DNA of 64,000 bases from Mobula hypostoma (Eukaryota), in the NCBI RefSeq assembly GCF_963921235.1, contig NC_086097.1, positions 162,132,001 through 162,196,000 on the forward strand. The letters are read 5' to 3'. The notes beneath the pieces were generated by a model. The model ran no database searches and was not told the origin of the DNA. It saw only the letters and a list, made by a program, of their open reading frames with translations. This document shows positions 50,818-62,069 of this stretch, in pieces. How positions within the stretch are numbered: position 1 is the stretch's first letter; every line of letters starts with the position of its first letter. A program made the position numbers and the translations under genes.

Positions 50818-51037
50818 CGCCTCTTCCTATAGATGCTGCTTGGCCTGCTGCGTTCACCAGCAACTTTGATGTATGTTGCTTGAATTTCCAGCATCTGCAG
50901 AATTCCTGTTGTTATGTGAAAGGCAAAATGTGTATAGATCATGGAAGATTGAAAAACAGTAAGTCCTAGACATTCAGCCCAGAAACAAGACATTTTGCCT
51001 ACCATGCTCCTATTGATCATCGTGTATTCACCTATAC

Positions 51038-51116
51038 TGGGGATTTCCAGCCTGGGGTCCACGGACCCTTTGGTTCATGGTCAGGGTCCGTTGCATAATA
51101 AAGGTTAGAAACTCCT
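51038..51116. mobile_element. Small decayed hAT-type MITE
   Basis: Degenerate CAGGGGTTTCCAACCT-like TIRs and ggggtccacggaccc core. Imperfect 8-bp TSD acctatac/gtctatac. Confidence 0.45.
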
Positions 51117-51469
51117 GGTCTATACCGATCTAATTTTCAGCACATGGCCCTTAGGCTTCTTTATCTTTAGTGCTCATATAAATACAGATCCTCCCCAGGG
51201 TTCAATTCCTGTAAGCAGTATGAAACCTAAACAATTTGGAACCGGGTTCCCACTTAATAAAAAAAATGCCTGCAGCCTCACAGTGGCTGGCAGGTTCAAC
51301 CACCATTCTCCCAAATGCACAAGCATATGTACAAATTGTGCATTAGCTAAGGGAGGACCTGTACAACCCCTCAGGTGGTATCATTCCATAAAGACCTTCA
51401 GATTGGTAACATTGAGGCTCATGAACTTAAAAGATAACCTGCAGCATGAATAGAAAATTGATATATATA

Positions 51470-52446
51470 CAGTGGCATGCAAAAGTTTGGGCACCCCTGG
51501 TCAAAATTTCTGTTACTGTGGATAGTTAAGCGAGTAAAAGATGAACTGATTTCCAAAACGCATGAAGTTAAAGATGACATATTTCTTTAGTATTTTAAAG
51601 CAAGAAAACTTTTTTGATTTCCATCTTTTACAGTTTGAAAATAACAAAAAAGAAAAAGGGCCTGAAGCAAAAGTTTGGGCACCCTGCATGGCAGTACTTA
51701 GTAACACCCCCATGGCAAGTATCACAACTTGTTTTTTGTAGCCAGCTAAGAGTCTTTCAATTCTTGTTTGGGAGCTTCTCGTCCATTCTTCCTTGCAAAA
51801 GGCTTCTAGTTCTGTGAGATTCTTGGGCCGTCTTGCTCTTTTGAGGTCTATCCACAGATTCTCGATGATGATTAGGTCAGGGGACTGTGAGGGCCATGGC
51901 AAAACCTTCAGCTTGCACCTCTTGAGGTAGTCCATTGTGGACTTTGAGGTGTGTTTAGGTTTGTTATCCTGTTGTAGAAGCCATCTTCTTTTCATCTTCA
52001 GCTTTTTTACAGACGGTGTGATGTTTGCTTCCAGAATTTGCTGGTATTTAATTGAATTCATTCTTACCTCTACCAGTGAAATGTTCCCCGTGCCACTGGC
52101 TGCAGCACAAGCCCAAAGCATGATTGATCCAACCCCGTGCTTAACAGCTGGAGAGGGGTTCTTCTCATGAAATTCTACACCCTTTTTTCTCCAAACATAC
52201 CTTTGCTCATTGCGGCCCAAAAGTTTTATTTTAACTTCATCAGTTCACAGGACTTGTTTCCAAAATGCATCAGGCTTGTTTAGATGTTCCTTTGAACCTT
52301 CTGAATAGAACAAGAATTGAAAGACTCTTAGCTGTCTACAAAAAGCGTTCACAAGCTGTGATACTTGCCAAAGGTGGTGTTACTAAGTACTGCCATGCAG
52401 GGTGCCCAAACTTTTGCTTCGGGCCCTTTTGCTTTTTTGTTATTTT
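51470..52446 (-). mobile_element. Tc1 (IR/DR type) transposon fragment with partial transposase
   Basis: TA|CAGTGGCATGCAAAAGTTTGGGCACCC end, with the internal DR repeated at ~51669. ORF 51513..52220(-) VKHGVGSIMLW, QQDNKPKHTS, WPSQSPDL..IENLW. Confidence 0.9.
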
Positions 52447-53319
52447 ATTTATATAGCAAATAGAGAGCTACTTTGTCCTTGTTCTAGTGATTTAGACATG
52501 GATCGGCAGAATAACATTCTCATGTTTGTGGATAACATAAAACATGAAAATGCAATAATGGACTGCAAGAAGACATGCACTTGTTGAATAGACAGACAAG
52601 AGATAGGTAAAATTTAAAATGAGTGTGAGTGAAACAATGTTTCAGAAATAACAGAGTACAAGAAGACTAAATATCATTGTACCTGTACATCCTATAGAAC
52701 TGGGCGACCAGGGTGTGCATGTGCCTAATTCCTTGAAAGTGGAAGGACTTGTTGATAGGTGTTTGTGAATAAATCCAAAGAGACATTTCAGATTTTTTTT
52801 GCATGTTTTATGTATTAAATCTTCATGACTGGCTTGTTTGGGCAGAAATGAGGTCATTCCGTTAGATCAGAATTTGGAGTATTTGATAGATAATGTAATT
52901 TCAGATTATGCAACCAAAGTGCCCAATTCAAATCAGGTGAGCTTGATATTACCTTCACACAGCAATATTTCATTAGCTGCAGTAAAGCCAGTATTAGTTT
53001 TAGATTTATTTGCATTGTCTTCTGATGTAATAGTAAAACCATTTATTGAACAAAAATTCTAAACTGAACTAACAGATAAATGCAACTACAAGTTCATCAC
53101 ACATCTATCTGTGCTTTTACTTATACAAAGCAAGATAATTTTAATGCAGTTCCAATGTGGCAAAGTCACTAGCGTTTCAATGGGTATATCTTTTATAGAC
53201 CTGGGTGGTTGTGATTTTTCTGTGATTGTAATTTGCAGTTTTATGTATTGAAAAGCTTAGCATTTTATCATCAGAGTAAGAAAATGTGACACATGATGTG
53301 GATGTGAAGGTGAAGTGCA

Positions 53320-55720
53320 GGCCCTTCTATTTACTGAGGGAGTTCACTGATATTGTGATTGTGGCTGCATACCCTTCGCTAATGCCGGGGACGTGATGTG
53401 TGAGCTCTACAGCACCATCAGTGATTTGCAAACCACACACCTCAATGGTTTCTTCGTTGTTGCTAGCGATTTCAACCATGCTAACTTAATAACAGTCCTG
53501 CCTAAGTTCTCTCAGCATGTTGAGATGAAAGCACATTAGACCTAGTTTATATCAGCATCCCTGGTGCATACAAAATGCTCCCAGTCCTCACTTTGGACCA
53601 CTTATCTGTGATGCTAATTCATGTACACCAACCATTGATTAAATGAGTTAAACCAGATCAAAGGGAGATGAAAATCTGGCCAGAAGGAGCAACCTCAGCA
53701 TTGTGGGACTGCTTTGAAAACACAGGCTGGAGCATGTTAAGGGGGCAACTAGCCACAACCAGCACATTAACATCAATGAATTTGTGAGATCTGTGACAGT
53801 TACATAGAGCAGTGTATTGAGGACGTCACTATTATTCAACACATCCATGTCAGGGCATATCTGAAGCCATGGCTGACAGCAGAGGTCCAGGCACTGCTGA
53901 GATATCGAGATGCTGCCTTCACATTGGAGGCTAGAACAGCTCTCAAGTCAGCAAGAGCTGCACTTTCCCATGCCAACAGGAAGGCAAAATGGGATTATAC
54001 AAGGAGAATATACAGCTGTTTCTGTGACACCAGAGTCGTGGACGCATGTAGCAGGGCATTCAGACCATAAAGGACCACAAGTCCTCCCTGAGCATCAATA
54101 ACAGTGATGCCTCCCTTCCCGATAGGCTGAATGTCTTTTACGCTCGGTTTGAGGCCAGAACTATGAGCTGGTGAGGAATGGCACTCTATCTGGCTGAAGT
54201 TGCTGTGAGGAAGACCCTAGCCAGGATCAACCCTCGTAAAGCTGCAGGGCCTAGTAATGTACCTAGACAGGTGCTGAGGGACTGTGCAGCCCAGTTAACA
54301 GACATCTTCAACAGCTCTCTGGAACCATCCACTGCCCCACAGGCTTCAAGGCGGCCACCATCGTTCCGATGCCCAAGAGGACAACAGTAACTAGCCTCAA
54401 CGTCTACCATCTAGTGGCGCTGACCTCAACAATAATGAAGTGCTTTGACTGGCTGGTTATGGAGCAGATTAAATCCCACTTTTCCTGCTACATTGTGCCC
54501 TTTCCAGTTCTCTTATTGCTTAACTCAATCTATCAATGATGCCATAACCTCTGGACTTCAATCCATCCTGTCTGACCTGGAAAATCGTGTCTCATATGCC
54601 TGGATGCTGTTTACTGACTTCAGCTCAGCATTTAATATAATCATCCCTCAGAAACTGGTGGGTAAACTATCTTCATTGGGTCTCAACTCCTTTCTCTGTA
54701 ACTGGATCCCCAGACAGAAAGGCCACAGTCAGTCCATGTTGACAGAAGCTTCTCTCACTCCATCACGCTGAATATTGGCTCTCCCCAAGCTGTGTGCTCA
54801 ATTTGCCACTGTTCATGGACTGTCGCATGACTATACTGCTAGATCCAGTACATACTGAATTATCAAGTGTGCAAATGACACAACATTGCCTGGCCTCATC
54901 AACAATGACAATGAAATGCCATACTGGCAGGAGGTGGAGAAGGTGATAGAGATGATTGTTGACCTTAGAAAGGTGCAGGCTGACCATTCCTCATTGCACA
55001 TACACCGCTTCTCCATGAAGAGAGTTAGGAGCATCAAGACTCTTGAAGTGCACATAATGGACATTCTTACCTGCTCCCTCAACATCACCTCTTTGGTCAA
55101 GAAAGCACAGCAGCATCTCCACTTCCTGAAAAGACTGGGCAAGAGAGGCTCCCCACGCCCCATTCTAAGCAATTTTTAAAGGAGCACCATCAAGAGTGTC
55201 CTGACCAGATGCTTCACTGTCTGATATGAGAATTGCAAGGCACCTGACTGCAAGTCCCTAGAAAGGATTGCAAGGACTGCTGAGAGGGTCATCAAGGTCT
55301 CTCTTCCAACCGTCAGTGATATTTATCAAGAGTGCTGCGTACACAAGGCCTTTAGTGTTGTCAATGATCCCACCCATCCATCAAACAATCTCTTGCCCCC
55401 CGACCCACCAGATATCATAGCATTAGGACAAGAACTGTTAGGATGGGAAACAGCTTCTTCCCCCAGGCCATAAGACAACTGAACTCCCTGCAACCACCCA
55501 GGTCTCATCATGCATAAATTACCAGTAGTGTTATATTGTTTACTCCTTTAACATGCCATAAATACACCTTATTATTTTTTTAAATTATAGGTGGTAATAT
55601 TACTTAGTGTTATGTGTCTGAGTTTAGTTACAGTATATGGACTGTGTTGTGCACCTTAGTCTGAGGAACGTAGCTTCATTTGGCAGTGTATAATTGAATG
55701 ACAATAAACTGAACTTGAAC
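53320..55720 (+). mobile_element. Rex1/Babar-like LINE, decayed (endonuclease remnant plus RT)
   Basis: INPRKAAGP, LFTDFSSAFNII, KKAQQHLHFLKRL. AATAAA and gaactt-repeat tail. Confidence 0.85.
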
Positions 55721-55794
55721 ATTGTGTTAATTTCGTCCAGAATTGTATAGTTTAAATATGATTTGAAAATCAGAAGTAACAACTCAAGTAAAAA

Positions 55795-56752
55795 TGTAAA
55801 CAGAAGAAATTCTGCAGATGCTAATCCAAACCAACACACGCAAGATGCTGGAGGGACTCGGCCGGTCAGACAGTATCCACGGAAATGAACAAACAGTCAG
55901 CATTTCAAACCGAATCTCTTCTTTAGGACTAGAAAGGAAGGGGAAGCTGCCAGAATAAAAAGTTGTGGGGAGGGAAAGAAGGATAGCTATAAGATAATAG
56001 GTAAAGTGGGTGGGGAAGTAAGTTAAAGGGCTGGAGAGGAAGGAATCTGATAGGAGAGGAGAGTGAACCATAAGAGAAAGGACAGGAGGAGGGGCATTGG
56101 GGGGAGGTAATAAGCAAGTGAAAAAAGGTAAGAGGTCAGGGAGGAATAGAAGAAGTGTGGGGGGGGATTTTTTTTACCAGAAGGAGAAATCAATATTCAT
56201 GCCATCAGGTTGGAGGCAGCTATGGACCCAACATATAATGGAAATGGGAATTAAAATGTTAGGCCACAGGGAAATTTCGCTTTTGGTGGATGGAGTGGAG
56301 GTGCTCGACAAAGCGGTCCCCCAATTTATGGTGGGGCTTGCCTATGGAGAGGAGGTCCCTTCAGGAGCACTGAGCACAATAGATAACGCCAGCAGATTTG
56401 CAGGTGAAGTGTGGAAAGATTGTTTGGGGCCCTGGATGGAGATGAACGATCAGGGGTAGCACTTCTACTTGCAGGAATAAGTGCTGGGGGGGAGATTAGT
56501 GGGGAGAGATGAATGGACAATGGAATCCCTGCAGAAAGCGGTGTGAAAGGCAGAGGTAAAGATTTTTTTGGTGGTAAGATGCTTTTGGAAATGGCGGAAG
56601 TTGCAGAGAATGATGTGTTGGATGCAGAGGTTGATGAGGTAGTATGTAAGGACAAGAGAACTCTATCACTGTTAAAGTGGCGGGAAGATGGGTTGAGCAC
56701 TGTTATCCAAGAAATGGAGGAGATGCAGGTGAGGGCAGTATTAATGGTGGAA
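55795..56752 (-). mobile_element. Penelope-like element 3' fragment (decayed)
   Basis: Minus-strand similarity to the PLE copies at 37725-40205 and 5715-6720. Confidence 0.8.
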
Positions 56753-59029
56753 GCTCAGGTAAAAATTGAGTAAGCTGTTTATAAATTTCATACTGGGTGT
56801 CTAGGATCTCATTTGCAATTTCATTAGTCATTGGTAAAGATTGTAAGAGTAATGCATTTTTACTTTACTAATTTATGCTGTTCTGCTACTTTAATCTGCT
56901 TTGTGTGTCTGTCTGCAGTTAGCCCCTTGGCCATCTTTGCAACACAGTTTTAGCTTGGACAGTCTTTCCTTTCCTGATTTCTCCCAGCACAACACCAAGT
57001 TTTGCTTAAGTCTAGAACAGACATCAGTTTATAAGCATCCATTCTGTGCATCAACGTCAGATAGGTATTTTACTATACAACCTCAGCCCAGGCCTTCTGT
57101 GCCCCCTTCAGTTTATGGACTAGGGGCATGTACCTTTCCATTTTGACAGGCTGAACATAAATCTGTAGTGATAACTGATGTCTGAAGAATGGAGAAGAGA
57201 CCAAGTAGAAATAATGTTTAGGAATCTTTGTACAAAGGAATATAGCATCTTTTTTGTCATAAAGTTCATAATGAATATCAATTAACAAAATGGTGAAAGA
57301 CAGTTGATAATTTATGAAGTATTTTAAATTTTACATCAGCCATATTAGGTAGGAATAATGTTTTTGATTATCTTTATAATTCAATGCTACTAGTTCAAGA
57401 AAAGTCACCATTTGTGTTTACTTTTCTCTTTTAACTGAGAAAACAGGTGTATATGCAGAGGTGAGAATAATTAAATTCCTACTATTATAGACCTATCACT
57501 AACTTTACTAATTTAACCTCTCTATACTACTTACATCAGCTACTTTTTTTTAACTGGTACATTGTACTGGCTTACTTTCACCTCAGAAAACCAATTTTCC
57601 TTCACCACTTTTTATGAGGTAGTATTTTTGTTGGTGTTAATTGGTGATCTGAAATCAGGAGCTTACCATGTCAGGAAATTGAGAGCAAGTTCATTTTATA
57701 ACACTCTGACACAATACTATCAGAACACCCTTTTTTTTACTGGTAGAGTTCTCTTAAAAATATATTACAGCTACAACTTTAAGGCAGGATTTGTGTCAAT
57801 CCCTGATTAACATGTGGATCTCCTCTGTTGACCACATTATTTGTTCATTATTTGAAATTATTTTAGTAGTGTTAGTGGTAATTATCACTCACATAACTAC
57901 AGCAAAGTAACCACAATTGTTGGATGCTAAATTTAGAAATCACAAAACGTTGGTGTGAAAAGTGTTAAAGTATTGCACTTTACAGAAGCTGGTGAGGAGG
58001 CAAACTGTTTTAACACCAAAAAAAAGTCTTAATTGTAATTAATTTTTGTACATAGAATCTGTTAATACTCAAAGGGGATCACCAATGTTTTCATTTGTGA
58101 TATTGCTGTAGAAAGTTTAACCACTTGATAAATTTGCCTTAAATTGTCTTTCTTTGAGTAACATCTTTTTCTTTGAGTGAAATGGAGGAACTAATGTTTA
58201 ATATAACCTAGCATTTCAGTTATGGTGCTCCCTTTGACACAGAATTTGTTACTTTTCATTCATCATTTAGTTTATTTTGTATTATAGATCTATCAGGTTC
58301 CTGTTTGAAGAAATCATGTTTTAATATGTGCAATTTCATGATTTTCTTACCAGTATCAAAGCTACTAATGGAATATAAAATTGGCCCTGCTTTACTGTAA
58401 AAAGCATGTGTAGCATATAGAGAAAAAAAGCTCTATTATACCATATATAGTATGAATACTGACTGTAGTTCATGATTGTGTGATTTTTATCTGAAAGCAT
58501 CATAAATACATATATGAATATTTTAAAGGAAAAGTTGAGCATTGCAATCTCTGCTCTTAAATTCCATTAGCAAAAATTTCTTTTATTTTTAAACATTGCC
58601 CTCAACCTGTATATGTTATCAGTGAATGTAGCCTGTGTAGAATCAACTGATTTTAGCTAAGAGACTATTATGCTATTGGAATTGACCTTTGTAGCTCTTG
58701 CTCAAGGAATTTAGAGGGATGGAAATCAGTTAAATTTCCTATCCGATGTTCTTTACAGTATGGTGCAGTGTGAGAAGGATGGACCCTGCCATGATTACCC
58801 ATTATCAAGTTCCCTGTCATGATTGAGCCATTTTGTGGTTTACGTCAAAGTTGTATCAAAAATACTTCTGAATTTTATTACTAAAGACTGAAGCAGTAGA
58901 AGACTGATGAGAAAACCGTGCGAATTTTGTCTAAAAGCCAACAGTCTAATCAAAAATTCCCAAGTTCCCAGAAAAAAAATACTGACCAAAATCAGATCTC
59001 CAAAGGACTATCTATTCAAACATAACTGC

Positions 59030-59560
59030 TGTTTAAAATTGTAGTAAGACTATATTTGGAGTATTGCATGCAGTTCTGTTCATTGCATTTTAGGAAGGTT
59101 GTTAAGGCTTTGGCAAGGGTGCAGAAGAGGTTCACCAAGATGTGAAAGTTGTGACCTGTATAGCAATAAGGAGAGGTTGAATAAAGTTGGAATACTTTCT
59201 CTAGAGCTGATGGGGACAACGTGATCAAAGTATATAAAACTATGAGGGATAGATAGGGTAAGTAATCAGTCTTCCTGACTTAGAGTAGAAATGTCAAATA
59301 CTGAAGCCATAGCATTGAGGTGCAGGGGAGAGTGTTTAAAGGAGATTAATAAGGCAGGTCTCTTTACCCAGAGTGGAATCTGCTGCAGTGGGAGGTGGTG
59401 GGAGCAGTACAACAGTAATTTTATTGCAAAGGGTATTTGGATGGGTATATGGACAGGGAGGGAATAGAAGGATATGGACCTTGTGCAGGCAGGTCGAATT
59501 GGTTAGATTAGCATGGTTAGCACAGACATGGTTGGCCAAAGGTCTGTTCCTGTACTGTTA
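59030..59560 (+). mobile_element. Old CR1 3' fragment
   Basis: gagtattgcatgcagttctg...gtgcagaagaggttcaccaagatg and CR1-type 3' UTR. Confidence 0.6.
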
Positions 59561-60633
59561 CATGTAAGTGGCTTTTTAATAACTTTGAGGCCGACAACAC
59601 AAAAATAGGCCCTTTTGCCAAACAAGTCTGTGCTGATCATTAAACATTCATCTGAGCCTATGCTAATCTAATTTTATTCTCCAATCTATTCCAAACACTT
59701 TGTTTTGTTGAAAATCCAGATCTATCTAATTGGAGCTGAGAAGGTTAAGGGATTATTGATAAAGATGTTAAAATCAAGGATTGTTGAGGTCAAATGGCTA
59801 AAGGGAAATTTCATGTCAAAAGTACTAGCAACTATGACACAGAAGAACCAACGCAAAGGTGGCAAGCAAATTCTGTAATAACTTCAAAGATGAATTATAT
59901 AAGTACTTGAAGGGGAAAAAGAGAAGTGAAATTTATTGGAAAGGTCCTTCAAAGACCTTTCTTTTAAAAGGAGGGGCCAAGTGCTACTGTATCAATCTGT
60001 TAACCAACATTTTTTTAGGTAGAGAAAAGAAATGCTATTCAGGAAAGCTACTTGTAATATGTCTTGGTTTCATGGTATATCAAAATATACCTTGTTAGAT
60101 TGAGTAGCAATGCATTCTTAAGCTTGCCAAAAGAAACTACCATCATGTGCATGACTTTAAAACATATAATTATTTTATTAAATTTGCTTTAAACAGATTG
60201 CATGTTTTCCTTTTTATGCTTCAGGAGAGTCCAAATATAACACTTGAAAAGGTTTTTTTTTAATGAACAATGAATTATTACTGCATTTCATAGAATTAAA
60301 TATACTTTATTTGCTAATTAATTGCAGAGATTGGCATCTCAATTTTTGCTCTTATCGCTTAACTGTCATGAATGAAAAATTGACATAAATAATGCATCAT
60401 TTTAAAGTTGTACAGATGTTATTTATACAACTTAACATGAAGCCATGTAAGCCAAGCAGTACAATATTCAAACTGGATATATCAAAATCTATGTCCTGTC
60501 TGCATTACTGAGATAAACAATTTTCTTTCATACTTTGTGCACACATCTGTACAGTACAGTTACTTAGCCCTACAATTATTGATATTATTTGCGGTGTATT
60601 CCAACTGATGTTTGTTCATTTCTTCTACAATAG

Positions 60634-60720
60634 CCCAGTCGACCTGGCTACCCAAGCCCAAGGTCCAGTGATGGGATTTTCCCCAGTCCTCAGCATATGG
60701 TGCAACACAATCATTATCAG
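60634..60720 (+). CDS. PTK2: PTK2/FAK coding exon, proline/serine-rich region
   Basis: ttctacaatag| acceptor, phase 0. Encodes PSRPGYPSPRSSDGIFPSPQHMVQHNHYQ (human PSRPGYPSPRSSEGFYPSPQHMVQTNHYQ). Donor cag|gtaaat. Confidence 0.96.
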
Positions 60721-61001
60721 GTAAATAACAGATGTCATAAATTATTTCAAATGCAAGATAACTCATGTCAAATAGAACAATACTGAATTTGAAACTTGTC
60801 CCTCTCAGTTAATTAACTCATTATTGCAAAACATCATTACTGCCCTACACCCTGGACTGTTTTCAGTGAGAGTGAAGATGACCAAACTAAACGAATTGAA
60901 GATTGCATAGTCTCAATATCAGTTATATTGTGGAAATACATGAAAAGGAATTCTAGATTTCCCCAAAATTTATATCACTGAACTGAACACAGGCTATTAC
61001 A

Positions 61002-61055
61002 AAAACAACAGGAATTCTGCAGATGCTGGAAATTCAAGCAACTTTGATGTATGTT
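61002..61055. mobile_element. 54-bp Penelope remnant (both ends of a fold-back insertion) between TSDs
   Basis: acaacaggaattctgcagatgctggaaattcaAGCAACtttgatgtatgtt, flanked by acaggctattaca (60989-61001) / acaggttattaca (61056-61068). Confidence 0.8.
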
Positions 61056-61244
61056 ACAGGTTATTACAGTAGTATTTCTTTTTCTATTAGTTGTTCTGGT
61101 ATATTAACTTTGACCCTGAGCCCAGAGAATAAGGAACAGGTAGATTTTCCATGTGTGTTACATTCTCTTTCCATGTGCTTATATTTATATCGTGATTTTC
61201 TTGCAGCCGAGTAAACGTTAGAACATTGCTATTAAGTTCTATAA

Positions 61245-62015
61245 TTGCTTCCTCCGTGATTCCCTTATCTTTCGTCCCTCTTCACTAATCTCCCTCCCAC
61301 CACTTAACCTTGAAAGCAGCCCAAATACTACACCTGCCCATTCACCTCCTCCTTCACCTCATTCTAGGCCCCAAACAATGCTTCCAGGTGAAGAAGCATT
61401 TCACCTGCAAATCTTCTGGGGTTGTCTATTGTGTCCAGTTTTCCCGATGCGGCCTTCTCTACATTGGTAAGTCCAATCGTGAATTGGAGGACCCCTTCGT
61501 CAAGCACCTCCGCTCCATCTGCCAAATGCAGAACTTCCCAGAGGCCAAACATTTTAATTCTGATTCACATTCCAGTTCCAACATGTCAGTCCATGGCCTC
61601 CTCTTGTGCCACATTGAGGCCACTCTCAGGGTGGAGGAGCAACACCTTATATTCCATCTAGGTAGCCTCCAACCTGATGGCATGAATATCAACATAGCAG
61701 TAAAAAATGTTTTCCCAAACACTTTTCTTCTATTCCCCACTCTGGCCTCTTACCTCTTCTTACCTATCACCTTCCTGTGGATCCTCACCTCCTTCCCTTT
61801 CTCCTATGGTTCACTCTCCTCTTTAGCAGATTCCTTCCTCTCCAGCCCTTTTACCTTTCCTGCCCACCTCACTTCACCTATCACCTTCTAGCTATCCTCC
61901 TCCCCCCTCCCCTCACCTTTTCATTCTGGTGTCTTCTCCCTTCCTTTCCAGTCCTGAAGAAGGATCTCAGCCTGAAACATTGACGGTTATTCATTTGCAT
62001 CAATGTTCCCTGACC
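61245..62015 (+). mobile_element. Penelope-like element 3' part (GIY-YIG)
   Basis: ORF 61310 VVYCVQFSRCGLLYIGKS...EEQHLIFHLGSLQPDGMNI. Degenerate hammerhead ~61950-61986. Confidence 0.88.
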
Positions 62016-62069
62016 TTAAAAATTTGAAATAAAGACAAAGTGCTAGAAATACACTATAGATCAAGTGTT

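Larger units (their letters stand above)
49167..50912. mobile_element. Fold-back Penelope-like insertion (1.7-kb near-perfect hairpin), 14-bp TSD
   Basis: Arms 49167-50020 and 50027-50879, spacer ACTCCC. TSD TATGTGAAAGGCAA at 49157-49170 and 50913-50926. GIY-YIG ORF on both strands (49560- and 49972+). Confidence 0.95.

Noticed and set aside
60205..60245. Acceptor-like tttttatgcttcag| as an extra PTK2 exon
   Set aside because: No FAK-like peptide, no convincing donor nearby and early stops.
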